Source of the DNA: a bacterium
Lineage (GTDB): Bacteria; UBP7; UBA6624; JBBIMK01
Assembly: GCA_037444445.1 (NCBI GenBank)
Contig: JBBIMK010000001.1
Location: 150,001 to 182,000, forward strand
Reading direction: 5' to 3'
Length of the DNA: 32,000 nt
The position numbers and the translations under genes are program-made. Positions 25,468-32,000 of the stretch are shown here, in pieces. Position 1 is the stretch's first letter. Each line of letters opens with the position of its first letter. The notes below the pieces were generated by a model that saw only the letters and a program-made list of their open reading frames with translations, did no database searches and was not told the DNA's origin.

Positions 25468-26259
25468 TTATGAAGAAGGTTTAGAGAGCTGTGGCGAAGG
25501 GGAAGAAGGTATTTGGGTCAATCGCTCCAGGAGATTCAGGGGAAAGGGCACGAAAAGGAGTGTGGATTTCTCGGTAGAAACCTCTGTAAGAGTTTGAAGG
25601 AAACGCAACTGGATTGTGAGAGGGGATTGTGCCAGGACCTGTGCCGCTTCAGCAAGGCGCTGGGAAGCCTGGTATTCTCCTTCGGCATTGATGACCTTTG
25701 CGCGACGCTCTCGCTCTGCCTCTGCTTGCTTTGCCATAGCCCTTTTCATCCCTTCCGGTAACTCCACATCGCGAACTTCCACGATAGAAACCTTCACACC
25801 CCAGGGCTCTGTTTGCCGGTCAATAATCTCCTGGAGCATCTGATTGATTTTGTCCCGGTGAGCCAGTAATTCATCCAATTCCACCTGTCCGAGAATACTT
25901 CGCAGGGTGGTTTGAGCAATCATAGAAGTAGCGAGGATATGGTCACGAACCCGGGTAATCACTTTATCCGGGTCCAGGGCTCGGAAGTAAGCCACCGCAT
26001 TCACTTTTACCGTGACATTATCCCGGGTGATGACCTCCTGGGCTGGAACATCCATAGTCAGGACTCTTAAGTCCACTTTGACCAGGGTATCAATCAGGGG
26101 GATGATAAAAACCAACCCGGGACCTCTCACTCCCACCAACCTGCCCAAGCGGAAAAGAACTCCTCGTTCAAATTCAAAAAGACGCTTCACCACCTGGGTG
26201 AGCAAAAGGACGACCAACACCACCACCACAACGATGAAATTCAATCCGCTGATTTCCAT
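25468..26259 (-). CDS. SPFH/band-7 (stomatin-like, slipin) protein
   Basis: An N-terminal TM helix is followed by a PHB-domain text (LRVLTMDVPAQEVITRDNVTVKVNAVAYFR, ELPEGMKRAMAKQAEAERERRAK). A strong SD AAGGAGGAG is present. Confidence 0.9.
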   Translation of the reverse strand: MEISGLNFIVVVVVLVVLLLTQVVKRLFEFERGVLFRLGRLVGVRGPGLVFIIPLIDTLVKVDLRVLTMDVPAQEVITRDNVTVKVNAVAYFRALDPDKVITRVRDHILATSMIAQTTLRSILGQVELDELLAHRDKINQMLQEIIDRQTEPWGVKVSIVEVRDVELPEGMKRAMAKQAEAERERRAKVINAEGEYQASQRLAEAAQVLAQSPLTIQLRFLQTLTEVSTEKSTLLFVPFPLNLLERLTQIPSSPSPQLSKPSS

Positions 26260-26355
26260 GCGTATCTCCTCCTTTTCATCGGGTTATTTCGGATTATCAT
26301 TCTAATTTTCACTTCAGAATTTTTTTTCGCATTACCCAGAGAGCCGAATGGTTAT

Positions 26356-26694
26356 TCATGGTTTCGTCGGGCTCTGAGAGCTTTTTCGCCTGACCCAGAG
26401 AGTCATACCATTTACCTGGACGACAACGATTTCCGCTCCTTTTGGGATGGGGTCATCAAGGGTGCGAGCCCGCCAGTTTTCACCCTCTACCTGAATGAAA
26501 CCTGAGGGGTTTATATTTGTAATGGCTTCACCCATTTTCCCGGTTAACTCTTCTCTTCCGATGAAAGGCTTGCGTCGGCGAAGTCCATCATAAAAACCGT
26601 AAATCACCACCCCCAGCAATAGAAGTCCCAGAACAACACTAAATGGATGAAGAAGGAAACGCTGAAATTCCTGGTAGATACTCAATTCGTCCAT
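26356..26694 (-). CDS. short NfeD-family protein (TM helix plus C-terminal OB domain)
   Basis: GKMGEAITNINPSGFIQVEGENWRARTLDDPIPKGAEIVVVQVNGMTLWVRR is closely similar to the C-terminus of the upstream long NfeD. I saw no clear SD. Confidence 0.7.
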   Translation of the reverse strand: MDELSIYQEFQRFLLHPFSVVLGLLLLGVVIYGFYDGLRRRKPFIGREELTGKMGEAITNINPSGFIQVEGENWRARTLDDPIPKGAEIVVVQVNGMTLWVRRKSSQSPTKP

Positions 26695-26730
26695 ATCTAT
26701 AAATCTATGGAGAGCGGCTGTTTCAATGGG

Positions 26731-28023
26731 TTACAGGCTTTTTCTCCGAACACGAAGAACCATTCCCTCCTTTCCGACCACGAGAACAGATTCACCCTTC
26801 TGGATAGGAGTATCTTCACCGACTGCCCGCCAGTTTTCACCCTCCACGAACACGAGCCCATCTGGCGAGAGGTTCTTCACGACTTCGCCAGTTTTCCCCA
26901 GGAGATTTTCAGCACCCACAAAGGGGGTCTGGAGATGAGCCAGAATGCCGGCTCTCACAGCGATAAAGAGGAAGCCCAGCACTACCACAGCTCCCCCGAG
27001 GATAACCCCCCAATCCACTTGATATTCTGGACTCCCAAACAGGAGAAAGGAACCACCCAGAAAAGCCACAGTTCCTAAAACACCCAGAATCCCGTGCGTA
27101 GGCATTTTGATTTCTGCCACGAACAAAATAACGCCCAATGCAATCAAGGCAATGGCTCCATATCTCACCGGGAGATTCTGCACAGCAATAAAAGCGAAAA
27201 TTAGAGAAATGGCGCCGATAATTCCAGGATAGTAGGAACCCGGGTGAATAATTTCATAAATCACACCATAGAGCCCAATCAGAAGCAGGATATAAACCAC
27301 ATTGGGATTGGCAAGATGACTGAAAAATTGCTCATACAGGTTCGGGGGGAACTTTTCCACAGGCTGGTTTTTTGTATGGAGAACGATTTCACGATTCGCT
27401 TTTTGGAAGGTGAATCCATCCATCTGCTCTAACAGCATTTGAGAATCTCTGGCAATGAAATCAATCAATTCATTTTCCCTGGCTTCCGTCTCCGTGAGGG
27501 AAATGGATTCTTTCACGAATTTTTCAGCGAGAACGGCGTCTCTTCCTCTCCGGTTAGCGAGGGTGCGCATCAACGCTGCCGCATCTTCCGCCGCTTTCTT
27601 TGCCATTTCACCCGGCATTTGCTCTACACCAATGCTCACCGGATGAGCGCTACCCACAGAAGTCCCTGGCGCCATGGCGGCTACATCTGCACTCATTAAA
27701 ATAAAAGCACCGGCGGAGCCGGCGTGACCACCGGAGGGAAAAACATATACAACCACAGGAATTTCTGAGGCGAGAATATCCTGAACGATGTCTCTCATAG
27801 CGTCCATCAGACCACCAGGTGTATCCAGCAAGAGTAAGACTACTTCAAAATGGTTTTCCTGGGCAAACTTCAGACCGCGACGAATATAGGAAGCTGTGAA
27901 GGGATTTATCGTATCCCGAACTGTCAATTCTAACACTTTCGCCCAGCCGGGAAGCGCACCCGAGAGCAAGAATAAAAAAATCAAAAAAATTCGCACAATC
28001 ACAGAAAATCCCTTCCTTGCCAT
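26731..28023 (-). CDS. membrane-bound ClpP-class serine protease NfeD (long form: protease, TM region, OB domain)
   Basis: ClpP-like text is present (LLLDTPGGLMDAMRDIV, GGHAGSAGAFILMSAD), followed by several TM helices and a C-terminal OB domain (GKTGEVVKNLSPDGLVFVEGENWRA). I placed the start at MARKGFSV because the ATG at 28038 lies inside a TGgTATAAT box. The ORF-track start at 28233 overlaps the neighbouring gene. Confidence 0.8.
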   Translation of the reverse strand: MARKGFSVIVRIFLIFLFLLSGALPGWAKVLELTVRDTINPFTASYIRRGLKFAQENHFEVVLLLLDTPGGLMDAMRDIVQDILASEIPVVVYVFPSGGHAGSAGAFILMSADVAAMAPGTSVGSAHPVSIGVEQMPGEMAKKAAEDAAALMRTLANRRGRDAVLAEKFVKESISLTETEARENELIDFIARDSQMLLEQMDGFTFQKANREIVLHTKNQPVEKFPPNLYEQFFSHLANPNVVYILLLIGLYGVIYEIIHPGSYYPGIIGAISLIFAFIAVQNLPVRYGAIALIALGVILFVAEIKMPTHGILGVLGTVAFLGGSFLLFGSPEYQVDWGVILGGAVVVLGFLFIAVRAGILAHLQTPFVGAENLLGKTGEVVKNLSPDGLVFVEGENWRAVGEDTPIQKGESVLVVGKEGMVLRVRRKSL

Positions 28024-28036
28024 CCTTTCATTATTC

Positions 28037-28045
28037 ATTATACCA
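28037..28045 (-). promoter_or_regulatory. extended -10 element TGgTATAAT (minus strand) upstream of nfeD
   Basis: The reverse complement of attatacca is TGGTATAAT. It lies 13 nt upstream of ATG 28023. Confidence 0.35.
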
Positions 28046-28174
28046 CTAACGCCATAGAAAATGGCAAAAGAAATGAATGATTTTACACGAATTTTTCTTC
28101 TATCAAAGAGTATCCTTTTTAGCCATCGGTGATGTATCAGAGGTAGCGAAAAGGAGTGGATTACGGATACGGAA

Positions 28175-29455
28175 TCAGAGTAAAAATGGCAAAAGAGAGA
28201 ATGTAGAGCCGAGGATTTTTTCGGAATCAGCACCGAGCCATTTTTTCAAAATAGTGGCATAAACGGAACGAAAATCTATCTGATGTTGCATATCTCCAAT
28301 AGGGTCAAGAGCGTCAGGACTCAGACTGGGATGATTGCCATAGATTCCGGGTGAAATGGCTTTTCCGATGATGAACATAGGAGCCGCCGTGCCGTGGTCC
28401 GTTCCACCGCTGGCATTTTCCGAAAGCCTTCTACCGAATTCGCTAAAGGTCATGAGCAGAACCCGGTTGGCATTTCCCTGGGCTTCCAGATCCTGGAAGA
28501 AAGCATCTATCCCTTCAGAAACCTGGGTGAGAAGACTTTCATGAACGCCTTTCTGATTGGCGTGAGTATCAAATCCACCGATGGAGAGATAGTAAACTCT
28601 CGTTCCCAGTTTCCCTCCAATCATCTGAGCGATGAGTTTCATCTTTCCAGCAAATTCAGTGTTGGGATATTCAATAGAACTGGTATATCGGGATACTGCA
28701 TCCCGAACATCCTGAGAGGAAAGAATCGCATTCATGGCGGTATGGCGGAGAAAATCCAGCGGACCTTCTTCACCTCTCACGGGTGTATTCAGGGCATAGA
28801 AGAACTCTACCTCGTTTACAGAGGGTGCATCATAAGGGGGAAGCCATTGAAAGGTTTCCGGTGAATTCAATGAAATGCCAAGCCCCTTCTGGCTTCTCAG
28901 GGCAAGAGGAGGAGAAATGCCGATATTGACGCCGATGGTGGGTTTGCTGCAGGAGGGGCAGGAACTGTCAAAATACCGTCCAATCCAGCCATATTTCTCT
29001 ACTTTTCCTGTTTCAGGATTGGCTGTGTGCCAGATTTCCATGGAACGAAAATGAGAACGGTTGGGGTTGGGATACCCTACTCCCTGAATCACTCCTACAT
29101 ATCCCTTATCATAAAGGCTTTTCAGTTTAGCGAGGGCTGGATGGAAGCCAATTTCGTCATTCAGGCGCAAGATGGACTTCTGAGGGATAGCCAGTTGTGA
29201 ACGATTCTGATAGTATTCGTCCATGCGAAAAGGAATTACGGTATTCAAGCCATCGTTGCCACCGGATAGTTGCACCACTACCAGAATTCGGTCTTCGGGA
29301 ACACCGGGTAGAGTCTGAACGCCTTTTTCGGCAGAAGGAGCATTTAGAGCCCAGACTGTTCGGGTCAGGAAAGATGGCGCCGTATATCCCGCCGCCAGTA
29401 TCCACAAACCTTTCTTGATGAATTCTCTTCGCGTGTGTAGCCGTGCCTGTTTCAT
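28175..29455 (-). CDS. DUF1501-family protein (sulfatase/phosphatase-like fold) with Tat signal
   Basis: The twin-arginine N-terminus is TRREFIKKGLWILAAG. Family blocks are present (LSGGNDGLN, GGFDTHANQ, FSEFGRR...GTDHG). An SD GGAGGG is present. Confidence 0.8.
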   Translation of the reverse strand: MKQARLHTRREFIKKGLWILAAGYTAPSFLTRTVWALNAPSAEKGVQTLPGVPEDRILVVVQLSGGNDGLNTVIPFRMDEYYQNRSQLAIPQKSILRLNDEIGFHPALAKLKSLYDKGYVGVIQGVGYPNPNRSHFRSMEIWHTANPETGKVEKYGWIGRYFDSSCPSCSKPTIGVNIGISPPLALRSQKGLGISLNSPETFQWLPPYDAPSVNEVEFFYALNTPVRGEEGPLDFLRHTAMNAILSSQDVRDAVSRYTSSIEYPNTEFAGKMKLIAQMIGGKLGTRVYYLSIGGFDTHANQKGVHESLLTQVSEGIDAFFQDLEAQGNANRVLLMTFSEFGRRLSENASGGTDHGTAAPMFIIGKAISPGIYGNHPSLSPDALDPIGDMQHQIDFRSVYATILKKWLGADSEKILGSTFSLLPFLL

Positions 29456-29519
29456 TGCATTCCCTCCATTCTAAGCCTTTTTTGATGTCTAAGAATTTGC
29501 ATCCGTGTCACACTTTCCC

Positions 29520-31070
29520 TTAACACACCTGGTATTCTGGTAAACAAAGGATGAGATGAATGATTTGCTTTACGGCCTCGTCCGGGGGCTCAGAAGAAGA
29601 ACTGATTTGAATTTTCCGAGCAAATTCAACGAGTTTATCGCGCTCTGGCTCATTGATTTTCGCTTGAATGAGCCTATCAATCAATGTGTCCACGGTCTCT
29701 TCCGGAGTTTGGCTTTTCGGAATCAATTTCAGAGGGGTGAAGGTGGAAGAAAAACGGGAGAGCGTGCGGAGCAGGCGTCCTTCCAGCCCCTTGCCTCGCG
29801 GTGAGTCCTGAGCCCCCGGCAATTTTCCGGTGACGACAAAATAGGCAAAGTTATAACGCAGGAAAAGGGTGCTGGTATTGATCCAGGCTTCGCCCCCATC
29901 CCAGCCTTTCACATTCGGCGGTGCATAAAGTTCCTGCCCCATCAAACTCATCGCCAGCCAGAGAAGTCTTTCCGGAATTCCCTCCAGTCCTAATAAGCGG
30001 ATAGTGCCCACCACCAGTTGTACCGGGCTTTTTATCTGGGTTCGGTAAGCCTTATCCGAGTAGAAAGCCTCGGATTGGAGGATAGCCCGCACGAGGGGCT
30101 TCAATTCATAATGATTTTCCCGGAAAATTCCGGCCATTTGTTCTATCAGTTCCGGTTCTGGATTGGGATAAGCAAAGAACTCAAACAATTTTCTTGAAAT
30201 AAAGCGGGCTGTAACCGGTTGCTCCAGAATAATGTCAATAATGTCTGTGCCGTCAAAATTTCCTGCTCTGCCCAGGAAAGTTTTCTCTCCATAGTCATGC
30301 CACGGAGGGCGGAAAATAAATTCGTCCCCGAATCGTTCAAAGGTCCAGCCCGTAAATGCCCTTGCCGCCTGTTTCACATCTTCATCCGTATAATTCCCGA
30401 TGCCCATAGAAAAAAGTTCCATCAGTTCCCGTGCATAGTTTTCATTGGGATGCTCTTTACGACTTGTATTGTTATCTAAATACCGAAGCATTGCCGGGTC
30501 TCTGGATATTCCGATTAAAATCTCACGGAAATTGCCCAGGGCATTTTTGCGAAAGAATTCATTCTGTTGATGCATGTGACGGGCGTTTTCCACATCCCTT
30601 GCTGAAGAAGTGAGATGCCCGTGCCAGAAAAGGGTCATTTTTTCCTGGAGTGGACGACGAGTCTGAATCATTCTCCGAATCCAGAGGGAAACCGATTCCG
30701 CCATAGCCTGGCGATTCGCCCGCTGAAGTTCCTGAAATAGTTTCCGAAACTCGGGGTCATCTCTCGGCTTCTGCCCAAAGCCCAGCGCCTGGGCGGTGCG
30801 CTTTTCCAGAAGTTCTTTTTTCAGCCGGTCTACCTCACTGAAGTCCACTTCTGGAAAATCCTCTGTAAACTTTTCATAATTCACAATTTCATCTATACTT
30901 TTCTCATAACCGATTTTCACCAGGTGCTCTACCTCTTCCGGTTTTCCACCGAATCCAGCACGATTCAACAGATGGGCTGCCTTATATTTATCCCAGGGAT
31001 TTGAAGAATCGGGCTTGTAAGATTCAAGGGAACCCGCTCGTACCCATCCCTCTGCACTGGCTATTGTCAT
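29520..31070 (-). CDS. DUF1800-family protein
   Basis: The 516-aa protein lies immediately upstream of the DUF1501 gene, which is the usual pairing. Family-like text includes HLLNRAGFG, MTLFWHGHLTS, PAMLRYLDN, NENYARELMELFSMG and FTGW. Confidence 0.75.
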   Translation of the reverse strand: MTIASAEGWVRAGSLESYKPDSSNPWDKYKAAHLLNRAGFGGKPEEVEHLVKIGYEKSIDEIVNYEKFTEDFPEVDFSEVDRLKKELLEKRTAQALGFGQKPRDDPEFRKLFQELQRANRQAMAESVSLWIRRMIQTRRPLQEKMTLFWHGHLTSSARDVENARHMHQQNEFFRKNALGNFREILIGISRDPAMLRYLDNNTSRKEHPNENYARELMELFSMGIGNYTDEDVKQAARAFTGWTFERFGDEFIFRPPWHDYGEKTFLGRAGNFDGTDIIDIILEQPVTARFISRKLFEFFAYPNPEPELIEQMAGIFRENHYELKPLVRAILQSEAFYSDKAYRTQIKSPVQLVVGTIRLLGLEGIPERLLWLAMSLMGQELYAPPNVKGWDGGEAWINTSTLFLRYNFAYFVVTGKLPGAQDSPRGKGLEGRLLRTLSRFSSTFTPLKLIPKSQTPEETVDTLIDRLIQAKINEPERDKLVEFARKIQISSSSEPPDEAVKQIIHLILCLPEYQVC

Positions 31071-31191
31071 TTTCTCTCACCTTCCCAGCACAGTCTTTTC
31101 TGTGCCTCGCTTACTATTAACCACAATGGGTAGAAAAAGTTTCACCTGTAAAAGGCAGGATAAGTGGGAAGGCGGGATGGAAAGATGTGGG

Positions 31192-31749
31192 CTACAATCC
31201 GAGGTCAGAGCGGATGGATTGCATGGCGGTGATGCAGTTCTGAATATGCTCCTCCAGAGGGATGCCAAGCTCTTCAGCACCGTGCAGGATGTCTTGCCTG
31301 TTCACCGCCCGTGCAAAGGCTTTTTCCTTCATTTTTTTCTTCACCGAATCCACATCCACTTCCAGGAGAGATTTGCTGGGTTTCACAAGGGCAATGGCAA
31401 TGATAAAGCCGGTAAGTTCATCGCAGGCGTAAAGGCACTTCTGAACGAGAGTAGTTCTTTCAACACCCGATTTCTCAGTAAAATGAGAGAGAATGGTCTG
31501 AATCAGGTTCTCTGAATATCCGAGGGCCCGAAGAATTTCCGCTCCCTTTACAGGGTGTTCGTCCGGGAATCGCTCATAATCAAAGTCGTGAAGAAGGCCA
31601 GCCATGCTCCAGAATTCTTCATCTTCACCTAATTTACGGGCATAAAACCTCATGCAGGCTTCTACCGAGAGCATATGCTTTCGCATGCGGTCATTCTCGG
31701 TAAACTTCCGTATTAAAGAAAGGGCCTCCTGCCGGGATGGGATTCGCAT
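31192..31749 (-). CDS. HD-domain metal-dependent phosphohydrolase
   Basis: The H...HD motif is present (RKHMLSVEA...AGLLHDFDYERFP). The length is 185 aa. There is no SD upstream. Confidence 0.7.
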   Translation of the reverse strand: MRIPSRQEALSLIRKFTENDRMRKHMLSVEACMRFYARKLGEDEEFWSMAGLLHDFDYERFPDEHPVKGAEILRALGYSENLIQTILSHFTEKSGVERTTLVQKCLYACDELTGFIIAIALVKPSKSLLEVDVDSVKKKMKEKAFARAVNRQDILHGAEELGIPLEEHIQNCITAMQSIRSDLGL

Positions 31750-31759
31750 ACCGCTACAT

Positions 31760-31788
31760 ACAATAAAAGGTAATTATTAGAAAATCAA
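31760..31788 (-). promoter_or_regulatory. possible promoter TTGATT-17-TATTGT upstream of the HD gene
   Basis: This is read on the minus strand. The -10 ends 10 nt before the ATG. Confidence 0.3.
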
Positions 31789-31820
31789 CCTGGAAGTGAG
31801 AGAAAAAGATAGAGGCGCTT

Positions 31821-32000
31821 CTATTTACCACCCGGTGGGCGCATGCCGCCTTCCATCATAGGATGGGAGCCTGGGGGCATGATTTCCAGTTGAACTTCCT
31901 TCTTTTTCTCCAGCGTTTTTGCATCATACTGGATGAGTTTGCCACCGGCGAGGATATAAACGAAGGAAGCGTTGGCGGCAATCATAGCGGGGGGCCCACC
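31821..32000 (-). CDS. 3' end of an unidentified protein gene (5' part outside window)
   Basis: The minus-strand frame is open from the window edge to TAG at 31821..31823. The translation ends ...ANASFVYILAGGKLIQYDAKTLEKKKEVQLEIMPPGSHPMMEGGMRPPGGK. I recognise no family. Confidence 0.35.
   Translation of the reverse strand, partial: GGPPAMIAANASFVYILAGGKLIQYDAKTLEKKKEVQLEIMPPGSHPMMEGGMRPPGGK

Noticed and set aside
28024-28233. An N-terminal extension of the nfeD ORF of up to 70 codons, overlapping the 3' end of the DUF1501 gene.
   Set aside because: The extension has no signal or TM logic and overlaps a neighbouring gene by 59 nt. A TGgTATAAT box and a proper signal-like N-terminus (MARKGFSVIVRIFLIF…) support the 28023 start.
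1-32000. A scan of the whole window for CRISPR-like spaced repeats, long inverted or direct repeats, transposase, integrase or phage genes, and toxin-antitoxin or restriction modules.
   Set aside because: By eye I saw no repeated spacer-repeat periodicity and no mobile-element or defence-gene motifs. The only repeated oligomer noted is the promoter-like tgtgatataat (3414 and 10615).

Overview
This window looks like a core-genome segment of an uncultivated, non-enteric bacterium of roughly mid GC content. I could not assign a lineage from the sequence alone. It is densely packed with about 37 protein genes and three tRNA genes, most of them housekeeping. They include serS, a thrS-infC-rpmI-rplT block, prmC-tsaC-ndk, tRNA-Gly/Cys/Val, nth-moeA, queE and an rsmF-like methyltransferase. 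I found no CRISPR array, transposase, integrase, phage genes or obvious defence island. The most unusual content is a respiratory module on the minus strand: a promoter, a Tat-signal Rieske protein, a fused and C-terminally extended cytochrome b, and a membrane-anchored octahaem c-type cytochrome. A glutaryl-CoA-dehydrogenase-type gene and a terminator follow it. Other points worth a second look:
- an archaemetzincin homologue that has lost every catalytic zinc ligand;
- an orphan CcmE with the Cys (CXXXY) haem-binding variant;
- a possible preQ1-like pseudoknot upstream of queE;
- a ThrRS without its TGS domain;
- a stomatin/NfeD operon with a duplicated NfeD OB domain;
- a DUF1800/DUF1501 pair;
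- several promoters placed so close to start codons that leaderless mRNAs are likely.
All calls come from reading the sequence and recalling family motifs. No database search was run.
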